From Candidatus Latescibacterota bacterium (GTDB lineage: Bacteria > Latescibacterota > UBA2968 > GCA-2709665): DNA of 64,000 bases. The stretch is taken from the NCBI GenBank assembly GCA_965237675.1, contig OZ250150.1, positions 4,000,001 to 4,064,000 of the forward strand. The letters are read 5' to 3'. The translations under genes were made by a program, and so were the position numbers. Below the pieces are notes generated by a model. It was not told the origin of the DNA, did no database searches, and saw nothing but the letters and a program-made list of their open reading frames with translations. Numbering within the stretch: the stretch's first letter is position 1; each line of letters opens with the position of its first letter. Shown in pieces: positions 49,034 through 57,856 of the stretch.

Positions 49034-49882
49034 CTATTCCGTATTTTCCTTTTTCTCATCCTTCGGCAGGACCAGAAACGTTTCGGACCGGATGTCTACA
49101 TTGAAAATGCGAAGGTAGCGGCCGTGGTGGAGTCCGTCCACCTCCCCGATCACCTCCAGCACTCCGTCGCCGTCGATATCCAGATAACCCAGCCGGTCGC
49201 CGAATCCGTCGGCAAAATACCACTCCACGATGAGCGTCTCGAGGTCCACGACCACACCCGTATTCAGTACCGCCTCAAGGCCGTAGTCGTCATCGAAATC
49301 CGCAATCACCATGCTCTGGGCGTGGATGGATTCTCTGGGGATCACGTCGCTGATACCCTGTTCGTACAGCTCGAGACAGTCGTAAATGTGGATGTGCATC
49401 TCGCTGTGGCCCGCACCTCTGGCCAGGTAGACGAGCTCCAGTTGCGGATCATCGTCCACATTCGCTATCGCGACGAAGGTGATATCCACCTGGATCTGCC
49501 ATATAAAACTGTAGTCTTCCGCGCTGTACAACACGATATGCGTGAACGTGTAGGCGACAATCTCGAATTTGCCGTCTGCGTCGACGTCTTCGACAAAAAC
49601 ACCCAGGACGGCCGATCCCAACGACTCGCTCTTCCACTCTTCGTATCCGCGTCCTTCAACGTACCTCACGACATGCAGGCTGCCCAGTGCATCTCCGTAA
49701 ACGATCCGCAGATTGGCTTCTTCGCCCGGTGGCAGGATCCGAAGCTGAGGCATTTCATCGAGGTGTCCGCCCCATGGGAACCGCCCGGTATCCCGTAAGC
49801 TGTGCCAGTCGGGATTGCCCGCACTGGCGGGCATCTGGCCAGACAGCAAGATAAGTACGACCATCCAGAATTGATATCGCAT
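49034..49882 (-). CDS. Secreted FG-GAP-like repeat protein (paralog of the upstream gene)
   Basis: Signal peptide; DVDADGKFE, NVDDDPQLE, DFDDDYGLE, DIDGDGVLE Ca-loop motifs. Confidence 0.8.
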   Translation of the reverse strand: MRYQFWMVVLILLSGQMPASAGNPDWHSLRDTGRFPWGGHLDEMPQLRILPPGEEANLRIVYGDALGSLHVVRYVEGRGYEEWKSESLGSAVLGVFVEDVDADGKFEIVAYTFTHIVLYSAEDYSFIWQIQVDITFVAIANVDDDPQLELVYLARGAGHSEMHIHIYDCLELYEQGISDVIPRESIHAQSMVIADFDDDYGLEAVLNTGVVVDLETLIVEWYFADGFGDRLGYLDIDGDGVLEVIGEVDGLHHGRYLRIFNVDIRSETFLVLPKDEKKENTE

Positions 49883-49884
49883 GG

Positions 49885-51039
49885 TTACCGGTTCTTCAGT
49901 TCGGACAGAATAGAGAAAATCTCGCTGTTCGCGCGAATCGCTTCTTCACCATCGGGAATCGTGCGCTGGTGACAAGCCAGGCAGACCTCGCGCAATTCCA
50001 GTTTGTGGCAATTCGTACATCCTTTCACGTTGCCGTACGGCGCGAAAAATGGCGCCTCTCGTAAGTGAAAGGCCTGGGCCTCGTGACGCCCGGCGGGGCT
50101 GTTGTGTCCAACGGTGCTGGTTACGCCTTCTCTCTCATGGCAATCCTGGCAGAACGCCCTGAGCTTATGGCAGGAAGCGCAGTCCACGATCCTTCCCGCG
50201 ACGTCGTCTCCGTGGTTGCCTCGAAAATCCGCGGTTATCTGGATAACCTTCAGGTGACGCTCGGGCCGAAGACTGTCGAATTCTCCAATTAAATCCGGCG
50301 TACCATCGTAATTGACGTCCATGAATCCCATGCGGTCGCATCCGCCGAAGTGCCATTTAAAGGCGAGGGACCTTGCATCGATCACAACGCCGGTGTTAAT
50401 GGCAATTTCAAGATCGGCGTCTTCATCGAGGTTCGCAACGACCAAACTTTCCCCAAGCAGCGTCTGTTCGCTTCTTCTCTCTTCCGCCAGGTGCTTGCCA
50501 TCGTAGACGAACAGACGGGAAACCAACTCTCCGGATGCGTCCTCCGCTTCCCCCAGAAAGATCATCTCCAGTTGAGAATCGCCGTCCATGTTCTCAATGG
50601 CCATCGTCGAGATCGTTACGTACTCATCCTCCTTACTCCGCCAGATCAACTCGTACGTTTCCGCGCTGTAGATTACAATGTCGCCCCAATACGAATACGC
50701 GATGATCTCGAGTGTGCCGTCCGCATTGATATCGATCACAAATACCTGCGCCACTGAAGATTTGAGAGATTGGCTAACCCAGATCTCCCGGGATTGACCC
50801 TCCTGAAATTCGAGCACGTGCAATAAGCCCTGCCGGTCTCCGTACACCAGACGCCTGTCGGTTTCACCGCTGGGGGGAATGATTCGAACGGTGCGCATTT
50901 CAGAAAGTGCGCCACCGAAGGAGATATCTTCGCTCTGTCCCCATTGGAACCATTCCAGGTCTCCTGCGTGCGCAAGCGTCAGCCCCACGCACAAACAGGC
51001 CAACACCCAAAATACATTTCGAATAAACGTGCCCCTCAC
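49885..51039 (-). CDS. Secreted FG-GAP-like repeat protein with C-terminal tetraheme cytochrome c domain
   Basis: GTG at 51039 after GGAGG; DINADG, NMDGDS, NLDEDA, DVNYDG loops; CASCH, CQDCH, CTNCH, CLACH. Confidence 0.8.
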   Translation of the reverse strand: MRGTFIRNVFWVLACLCVGLTLAHAGDLEWFQWGQSEDISFGGALSEMRTVRIIPPSGETDRRLVYGDRQGLLHVLEFQEGQSREIWVSQSLKSSVAQVFVIDINADGTLEIIAYSYWGDIVIYSAETYELIWRSKEDEYVTISTMAIENMDGDSQLEMIFLGEAEDASGELVSRLFVYDGKHLAEERRSEQTLLGESLVVANLDEDADLEIAINTGVVIDARSLAFKWHFGGCDRMGFMDVNYDGTPDLIGEFDSLRPERHLKVIQITADFRGNHGDDVAGRIVDCASCHKLRAFCQDCHEREGVTSTVGHNSPAGRHEAQAFHLREAPFFAPYGNVKGCTNCHKLELREVCLACHQRTIPDGEEAIRANSEIFSILSELKNR

Positions 51040-51052
51040 GCCTGGCCTCCGC

Positions 51053-51958
51053 TCAGAACAGACTGAGATCAACGTTGAGATAGCGTTTGGGGTCCTGTCT
51101 GATCGATTCGATCAGGCTGTCCACCGACGTAAGAGTACGCTGAAGATCCATATATATCCGATCGTCGTGGACCAGACGGCCCAGCGTCCCTTCGCCGCGG
51201 CGCAGTTTTCCGCTCACTTCGTTCAGATCTGACAGTGACTTCCCGAGCGATTCCAATACCGTCTCCATATTGCGCGCCACCCCATCCATCCTCTCGGTCG
51301 CGCGCCGAATATTCTGGACAACCTGGCGCACCTCCGGCCGGTTCTCGCCTAGTATGCCCCGTGCGTCGCGTGCGGCCGCGGCCGCGGTATCCAGCACGGC
51401 CGCGAGGGTCTCGCGGTTCTCCGAAAGGGTCTGCTTCAGATGCACGGCCGTACTATCCATATTCGCCAACAAGGCCTCGACGTGGGTGAGGTTCCTTTCG
51501 GCAAGCACCGCTTCCAGCCGCTCCGCCAGCGAACTGGCATGGTCTGTCATCTCTTCAATGCCACTTCCCGTCAACCCCTGAAGCGTGTCGTGGTCGGCAT
51601 AAACCCGATCAGAGTCCGATCCCACCTGCACGTCGATCAATTTGCCCCCCAACAATCCCTCCGCCCGCAAAAAAACCTTCGAATCTCCCGGGAGATTTCG
51701 AAATTTCGCAAAGCCGATACTCACAAGAGGCAACCCGTCCGTGAGTCTGATTTCAAGGACCTTGCCGGCCCAAACGCCCCGGATGAACACCGGGTCGCCG
51801 GGTTGCAAACCGGGCACGCTATCGAAAAAGACATGCAACTGATAACCACCGGCAGCCCCGGCGTAATTCTCCGACAACCAGGCCGCACCCAGGACCGCAA
51901 TCGCAATCGCCAGAAAAATGACGGCGCCCAGAACCATCTGTTTTTCTCGGCTGATCAT
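51053..51958 (-). CDS. mlaD: MCE/MlaD family protein
   Basis: N-terminal TM, GLQPGDPV..G...G.V, GLLGGK, helical tail GEGTLGRL. Confidence 0.88.
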   Translation of the reverse strand: MISREKQMVLGAVIFLAIAIAVLGAAWLSENYAGAAGGYQLHVFFDSVPGLQPGDPVFIRGVWAGKVLEIRLTDGLPLVSIGFAKFRNLPGDSKVFLRAEGLLGGKLIDVQVGSDSDRVYADHDTLQGLTGSGIEEMTDHASSLAERLEAVLAERNLTHVEALLANMDSTAVHLKQTLSENRETLAAVLDTAAAAARDARGILGENRPEVRQVVQNIRRATERMDGVARNMETVLESLGKSLSDLNEVSGKLRRGEGTLGRLVHDDRIYMDLQRTLTSVDSLIESIRQDPKRYLNVDLSLF

Positions 51959-51970
51959 TCGTCACCTACT

Positions 51971-52726
51971 TCAGATTCTACCCTGAACGAACAGGTCATA
52001 GACATCGTTTCCGCTCCTCGCAATTTCCTCGGGAGTACCTTGAATGGCTGTTTTGCCATTGTAGAGCAGGGCAATCCTGTCCGAAATCCTGCGGGCAAGC
52101 GGCAGATCGTGGGTAACCACAACCGAGGTTACGTCCAGCTCACTTTGAAGTTTCAATATATAGTCGCCCACGACAGTGGCCGTGCCCGGGTCCAAGCCCG
52201 TTGTTGGCTCGTCATAAAGGATGAAATCAGGTGACATTGCAATTGCCCTTGCCAGTGCCACACGCTTCCGCATACCGCCCGACAGTTCGACGGGCATTGT
52301 CTTTTCCGCCCCCGAGAGCCGAACGGCGTCAAGGCATACCCTGACTCGTTCTCCGATTTCCTGTTCCGACATTCGCGTATGCATACGCAGCCCGAATGCC
52401 ACGTTCTCCTTTACATTCATTGAATCGAACAGCGCCGCGGACTGAAAAAGCACGCCGACTCGCTTTCGCAGTTCTTTCAGGTCTTTCTTCCTGATGGTAT
52501 TCATATCGTGACCGTCCACGGTCACACGCCCGTCGTCTGCCTGTTCGATGCCGATAATATGTTTGAGCGTCACACTCTTGCCGCATCCGCTGGGCCCCAG
52601 AATGGTGGTGACTTCCCCCCAACGGACCTCCAGATCCATCCCTTTCAGGACCTCCAACTCATCGAAACGCTTGTGCACTTCTTCGAATTTGACGGCAACG
52701 CCATTCTTTGCCATTTTTCTTCCCAT
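51971..52726 (-). CDS. mlaF: MlaF-type ABC ATPase
   Basis: GPSGCGKS, LFQSAALFDS, LSGGMRKRVALARA, DEPTTGLDP motifs. Confidence 0.92.
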   Translation of the reverse strand: MGRKMAKNGVAVKFEEVHKRFDELEVLKGMDLEVRWGEVTTILGPSGCGKSVTLKHIIGIEQADDGRVTVDGHDMNTIRKKDLKELRKRVGVLFQSAALFDSMNVKENVAFGLRMHTRMSEQEIGERVRVCLDAVRLSGAEKTMPVELSGGMRKRVALARAIAMSPDFILYDEPTTGLDPGTATVVGDYILKLQSELDVTSVVVTHDLPLARRISDRIALLYNGKTAIQGTPEEIARSGNDVYDLFVQGRI

Positions 52727-52781
52727 TCACCGATACCCCAGGGCGGGAGGACTCAAACCCGAATTGAAGGATAAAACGGTA

Positions 52782-53603
52782 TCAATAAAGCAATGTCTTG
52801 GTGAGAAAATAGTCGAGAATCAATATTGAGGCCGCAGAAATCACCACAGCCGCCGTCGCCGCACGGCCCACGCCCTGCGCCCCACCCGTTGCCGAAAGTC
52901 CGGCGTAAGAACCGTAAAAGGTGATCAACCCCCCGTAAACCACGGACTTGATCAGGCATACTACGAGATCGTACGCACTGAAGTCCAGCTTCATTCCCTT
53001 CACAAAATCCGCAACCGTAATATCCATTAGAAGAATGGACATCACATAACCTGCATAGATCGACGTGAAGGCAGAGAATACAACCAGCACGGGAATCATA
53101 ACGATGCCGGCGAGCACCCGCGGCATGAGGAGGTAACCAACCGGATCCACTGCAAGGGAAACCAGCGCATCCACCTGTTCAGAAACCTTCATTGTGCCCA
53201 CTTCCGATGCAATACCAGCACCCACCTGACCCGCCAGAACCAACCCCATGAGAATCGGCGCCAGTTCCAGCAATACGGAGCGGACAACGATGCTGCCCAC
53301 CATATAGTCCGGAACGTATTCCTCCATCTGGTAGGCCATCATTGTGGATACGGCCATTCCGCTGAAAGCCGAAACAAGGATGACCAGAGACAACGAATTC
53401 ACGCCAACCGAGTAACACTGTTCGACGATCTGCCGCCTGTAGAAGTAGACGTTTGGCAGTTCGCCAAGAAGCCGCCGAAAATATCCGTACATCGAATGCG
53501 TCTGCAGAAAAAAACGGACGGTCTTGAGGCCCAGAAATTCGAACATTCGTAGCACAGGAATCACCCTGAAAAGGGGACCGGCCAACCTCTCGAGCGCGGG
53601 CAC
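52782..53603 (-). CDS. mlaE: MlaE-type ABC permease
   Basis: ELAP, EVGTMKVSEQVDAL, PRVLA, GGAQGVGRA motifs. Confidence 0.92.
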   Translation of the reverse strand: MPALERLAGPLFRVIPVLRMFEFLGLKTVRFFLQTHSMYGYFRRLLGELPNVYFYRRQIVEQCYSVGVNSLSLVILVSAFSGMAVSTMMAYQMEEYVPDYMVGSIVVRSVLLELAPILMGLVLAGQVGAGIASEVGTMKVSEQVDALVSLAVDPVGYLLMPRVLAGIVMIPVLVVFSAFTSIYAGYVMSILLMDITVADFVKGMKLDFSAYDLVVCLIKSVVYGGLITFYGSYAGLSATGGAQGVGRAATAAVVISAASILILDYFLTKTLLY

Positions 53604-53988
53604 CCTCCACGCACCGCGTACCGTGAATGCCGCAGAATTTTTCGAGAACGGGGCTCGATTTGCACCCCGCGCGGTACCGGCGCTGGACGCGCAGACCAGC
53701 GATTCGGAGGTCGTATACGGTTTTCGAAAAATACGGCTCAGGCGCCTGAATCCTGCAAACAGAGGAGCGGGGGCGCCAAGCCGAAATCATTCACAATTTA
53801 ACGATTAATTCCGGTAGGATCAACGACTTTATATTTCTTGTGCATTGCCGATTCCGCAGGTAAACCAACCCACCGTTCAGGTCTCGGTGCCAGCAACAAA
53901 AATGCGGGTGAGGAAAAGCCCCCTACCCGCACGTTCTGGCGCCGCTGCCGATGCCTGCCTGCCGCGCCCGCGGCGCAGGCAGGCGGCA

Positions 53989-54990
53989 TCAGACCTGGTC
54001 CTGCCAGGTCTCTTCGACGCGCACGCGCTGTTTGAAATAACGGCGCAGTTTTCCCAGGGCACGATTTCGGATCTGGCGTACCCGTTCTCGTGTGACGCCA
54101 AGTTCTCTGCCGATCTCGCCGAGTGTCCTGCGCTCTCCGTCTCCGAGGCCGAAATAGGACCGTATGACGTTTGCCTCCCTGGTGTCGAGACTGCCCGCGA
54201 GGGAGGCGGTGATCAGTTCGTTGCGGTCCCTCTCCAGAACTTCCAGATCCGGATGGGCTTCTTCGCAGTCGAGGACCTGCAACAGGGTCTTTTCTCCTTC
54301 CGCATCGATGGGAGATTCGAGGGAGAGGTCAGTCCGCGCGCAGCGAAGCGCGCGTTCCGCGCGCTTTCGGCTAATTTTCATATCACTTGCCACTTCGTCC
54401 ACCGTGGGCACCCGCCCCAACTCCTGGGTCATCTGCCCCCACCGCCGGGCCATGCGATCCATATCCTCCTGCCGGTTGGCCGGCATGGACACCGCCGACG
54501 TGCGTTTCAGCGCGTTCAATATTGCCTGGCGTATCCACCAGACGGCATAGCTGATGAACTTGTACCCCCGGGTTTCGTCAAACCGGTTCAGGGCCTCCAT
54601 CAACCCCATGTTGCCCTCGGCGATCAGATCGGAAAGCGGCACCCCGCGGCCCTGGTATTCGAGGGCAACGCTGACCACAAAACGCAAATTGGAGGTGACG
54701 AGCCGCTCGATCGCCTTTGGATCGCCTTTCCGGGCACGCGTCAGGGTTTCCTTCTCCTCTTTGCGCGTCATGGGCGGATACCGGCGAAGTTCCTTCAGGT
54801 ATCGCTGTACGGTGGCGTCGTGAGGCAAACGCTTCTTGGTGGGTTCCCTAAAATCCACGGCGGATAACAACCCCTTTGCGGCTTCGATAACTTGGCTCCG
54901 TCTCACCGGCGTTTCCGGAGAGGCTATGGAGCGACGTACGCTTTTCACGATTTGGTAACACGAAAGTTCCACTTTCTTCAGGCACCCCAC
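53989..54990 (-). CDS. Sigma-70 family RNA polymerase sigma factor (RpoD/RpoS-like, no region 1.1); start uncertain
   Basis: YLKEL, NLRFVVSVA, DLIAEGNMGL, GYKFISYAVWWIRQ, TRERVRQI motifs. Confidence 0.92.
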   Translation of the reverse strand: MGCLKKVELSCYQIVKSVRRSIASPETPVRRSQVIEAAKGLLSAVDFREPTKKRLPHDATVQRYLKELRRYPPMTRKEEKETLTRARKGDPKAIERLVTSNLRFVVSVALEYQGRGVPLSDLIAEGNMGLMEALNRFDETRGYKFISYAVWWIRQAILNALKRTSAVSMPANRQEDMDRMARRWGQMTQELGRVPTVDEVASDMKISRKRAERALRCARTDLSLESPIDAEGEKTLLQVLDCEEAHPDLEVLERDRNELITASLAGSLDTREANVIRSYFGLGDGERRTLGEIGRELGVTRERVRQIRNRALGKLRRYFKQRVRVEETWQDQV

Positions 54991-55078
54991 GGGGTGGCAC
55001 GCCCACGATCAATCCTTATCCCCGGGGTTCCGTTCTAAATCAGATACGCCGAATTCGCACGACGTGCGGCACATAACG

Positions 55079-55113
55079 AAAAAGGCGAGCGGTCGAATAT
55101 TCGACGGCTCGCC
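55079..55113 (-). terminator. Intrinsic terminator after tRNA-Arg
   Basis: ggcgagc-gtcgaa...ttcgac-gctcgcc hairpin plus T-tract on the minus strand. Confidence 0.65.
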
Positions 55114-55124
55114 CTCGACATGCA

Positions 55125-55202
55125 TGGTGGGACATACAGGATTCGAACCTGTGACCTCTGGTTCCGGAGACCAGCGCTCTATCCAGACTGAGCTAATGCC
55201 CC
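55125..55202 (-). tRNA. tRNA-Arg (CCG)
   Basis: GGGGCATTAGCTCAG...CTGGT-CT-CCG-GA-ACCAG...GGTTCGAATCC...CCA. Confidence 0.96.
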
Positions 55203-55363
55203 GACGGGATACAGAAAACGGTCAGGATTTCTTGTGCCGATCTCTTCTGCGACGTTTTTTTCGCTTGTGGGTTGCGATCTTGTGGCGCTTTCGTTTTCTT
55301 CCGCAGGGCAAGAGATACACCTCCTCGTCAAACTATCGATGGTGCGACACGGGTTCGGCCCGC

Positions 55364-55642
55364 TCAATGACCCGTGAGGCCCGCCCGCAGTTCCCTGGAA
55401 GGCTTGAAAACCGGTGCGGGGCGTTCTGGAATCTTAACGATGTCGCCCGTTTTGGGATTTCGTCCTATCCGGGGTGCCCGGGTCACGACCTTAAACGTCC
55501 CAAACCCTCGAATTTCGATGTGCTCGCCATCTTGCAATGCCGCCACAACCGAGTCGAGGAAACCCTCCACGACAGCCGCCGTATCCGATTTCGGCAACCC
55601 CGTGGCCTCTGCGATCTGATTGACGATATCGGCTTTGGTCAC
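55364..55642 (-). CDS. HU/IHF family DNA-binding protein
   Basis: TKADIV, IEIRGFGTF, GRNPKTG, PVFKPS motifs; GTG start. Confidence 0.95.
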   Translation of the reverse strand: MTKADIVNQIAEATGLPKSDTAAVVEGFLDSVVAALQDGEHIEIRGFGTFKVVTRAPRIGRNPKTGDIVKIPERPAPVFKPSRELRAGLTGH

Positions 55643-55754
55643 CGAATCCCCTTTCGAAACTGGAGTGTGACTCAACGAATAAACGACCGGCCGAATTGGT
55701 TCGGACAAGCGACAAGGATATACAAATGGAGGCGCTTTGTCAACAAAAAACAGC

Positions 55755-57539
55755 TTACTGAGACTTTCCGCCGATGTATTGGAGCTGGTGAAGCCGGTGA
55801 TAGATGCCCTTTCGCGCTAACAAAGCCTCGTGTGTACCCGCCTCTCGGATTTCACCTTTGTGCAGGACCAGAATTCGGTGGGCGTTCCGGACCGTTGATA
55901 TTCGATGCGCGATGACGATGGAAGTCCTTGTCCGCATCACTCTGCCTACCGCATCCTGAATCCAGGCCTCCGTTTCCGTATCTACACTGGACGTGGCTTC
56001 GTCCAGGACCAGAATGTCGGGCTCAAACGCGATCGCCCGGGCAAAAGCAAGCAACTGGCGCTGTCCGCCGGACAGGGTGCCGCCCCGTTCGGTCACGGCA
56101 TGCCGATATCCCTCGGGCAGACGTCTGATAAACCGGTCTGCGTTCACGTCCCTGGCGGCCTGTTCGACTTTCCTCTGCGAGATCTCCGTGTTTCCCAGGC
56201 GGATATTCGCTTCAATATCCCCTGAGAACAAAAACACCTCCTGCTGAACGACGCCAACACGTCGCCTTAATACGTCGACGTCCCACTCTCGTATGTCAAT
56301 CCCGTCAATTCGAATCCGACCGCGCTGAACGTCGTAGAATCTGCACAGCAGATTGATAACGGTCGTCTTTCCGGAACCCGTCGCGCCGACAATAGCCAGC
56401 CGTTCTCCGGGTTTCACAATGAACGAGACGTCCTTCAGTACCCATTCATCTTCGTTATAGGCAAACCAGACATTCGAAAATTCGATTTTACCCTTGATCT
56501 TCTCCGGCCCCGCGTCGTCACGGCTGGGCTCGGGCTCCGTATCCAGAAGTTCAAAAATTCGCTCCGACGAAGCCATCGCCGCCTGAAGAATCGCATACCG
56601 TTCAGCGACATCCAGAATAGGCCAGAAGAACCGCGGGATGTACTGCAACATGGCGACCAACGCGCCCCACTCGATCTGAGACCGGATCACGTCGTTGCTA
56701 CCCTGCCATATCACGAGCGCCGTAGCCACGGAGCCAAGCAACTGCATAATTGGAAAATAAAGCGAATAGTATAACGTCGACTCCAGATTTGCGTTCAGGT
56801 ATCGGCCGTTGATCTCGTCAAAGCGATCCGTATGCCGGCCTTCGCGACCAAAAAGCTGCACCACCGACATACCCGTGATGTTTTCCTGTAAATAGGCGTT
56901 CAAACGCGCCAACCGGCTGCGCGCAAGGCGAAAAGCCCGCAACATGCGGCCCTGGAACCAGAACGTCACGGCAAACATCACGGGCACGGTCCCGCAGACC
57001 AGCAGCGCCAGTGAAACGTCCATGTAGAACATATACGCCACAATCGCGATCAGCGTGAAGATATCGCTGAACACGGCCACCACCCCATCCGTAAACAGTT
57101 CGTTTAGCGCGTCCACGTCATTGGTGTTACGGGTCATCAGACGACCGATGGGTGTGCGGTCGAAGAATCGGATGGGCAACCGCTGAAGGTGCGAAAAAAT
57201 CGCTTTCCGGACGTCATACATCGCCCACTGTCCAACCATCTGGGTGACCAGCCTCTGAGCGACGTCGGCCAGGAACTGAAACACAAGCAGCCCCACAAAC
57301 ACCAGCGCAATCCGGTTCAAGCCCGCCATATCGCCCGTAAGGATATGGTCATCCACTGCAATCTTGCTTAAATAGGGGCCCGCCTGCCTGGCTGCCGACG
57401 TAAGGAGAATCAGCGCAAACGCGACAGTCACCCAGAACGCATACGGCTTGAGATAACCCAGAAGACGCCACATCAGCCGCGCATCGAACGGTTTTTCGGT
57501 TACTTCCTCTTCGTGCATATCAAGGGTCGGGTCAGCCAT
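55755..57539 (-). CDS. ABC exporter TMD-NBD half (MdlB/YheH-like)
   Basis: GATGSGKTT, LSGGQRQL, LDEATSSVD, AHR motifs. Confidence 0.93.
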   Translation of the reverse strand: MADPTLDMHEEEVTEKPFDARLMWRLLGYLKPYAFWVTVAFALILLTSAARQAGPYLSKIAVDDHILTGDMAGLNRIALVFVGLLVFQFLADVAQRLVTQMVGQWAMYDVRKAIFSHLQRLPIRFFDRTPIGRLMTRNTNDVDALNELFTDGVVAVFSDIFTLIAIVAYMFYMDVSLALLVCGTVPVMFAVTFWFQGRMLRAFRLARSRLARLNAYLQENITGMSVVQLFGREGRHTDRFDEINGRYLNANLESTLYYSLYFPIMQLLGSVATALVIWQGSNDVIRSQIEWGALVAMLQYIPRFFWPILDVAERYAILQAAMASSERIFELLDTEPEPSRDDAGPEKIKGKIEFSNVWFAYNEDEWVLKDVSFIVKPGERLAIVGATGSGKTTVINLLCRFYDVQRGRIRIDGIDIREWDVDVLRRRVGVVQQEVFLFSGDIEANIRLGNTEISQRKVEQAARDVNADRFIRRLPEGYRHAVTERGGTLSGGQRQLLAFARAIAFEPDILVLDEATSSVDTETEAWIQDAVGRVMRTRTSIVIAHRISTVRNAHRILVLHKGEIREAGTHEALLARKGIYHRLHQLQYIGGKSQ

Positions 57540-57725
57540 TCAGGGTTCACACTCCGCGGCAAATACGGATTCCAGTTGCTTAGAAGCTGTTCTAAAAATC
57601 CTGGGGCGTTCCCGAGCGCGAGCGATAAGGTGTCGGTCCACGCGGGCGAAGGCGCCCGTATCCAAAGATACGGGTGGATTTGACCAACGACGACCGACGC
57701 TTTTGCAGCCGCGTGAAGACCGATA

Positions 57726-57835
57726 GGAGTCTGCGCTTCAGAACCGACTTGAACACTGAAATATACTATATATAGTGTCCGAAAGTATATTATTAACTAT
57801 ATATAGTATGGTAGGTTTTCTGCGGCGCAGACTCC
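57726..57835. mobile_element. Inner 110-bp MITE (TA target duplication) carrying tandem NrdR-like boxes
   Basis: Terminal inverted repeats GGAGTCTGCGC / GCGCAGACTCC, flanked by TA on both sides. Confidence 0.75.
57763..57809. promoter_or_regulatory. Tandem NrdR-box-like operators
   Basis: ATACTATATATAGTGT (57763-78) and TAACTATATATAGTAT (57794-809) versus consensus acaCwAtATaTwGtgt; 31-bp start-to-start spacing. Confidence 0.65.
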
Positions 57836-57856
57836 TAGGGGTTTTAAGACAGCTTC

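Larger units (their letters stand above)
57583..57856. mobile_element. Composite MITE (outer element, TTA target duplication)
   Basis: Ends GAAGCTGTTCTAAAA / TTTTAAGACAGCTTC; TTA at 57580-82 and 57857-59. Confidence 0.75.

Noticed and set aside
53629-53740. Imperfect inverted repeat (tttttcgagaacg / cggttttcgaaaaa) upstream of mlaE as a possible MITE
   Set aside because: Single copy with no clear target duplication; too weak to call.
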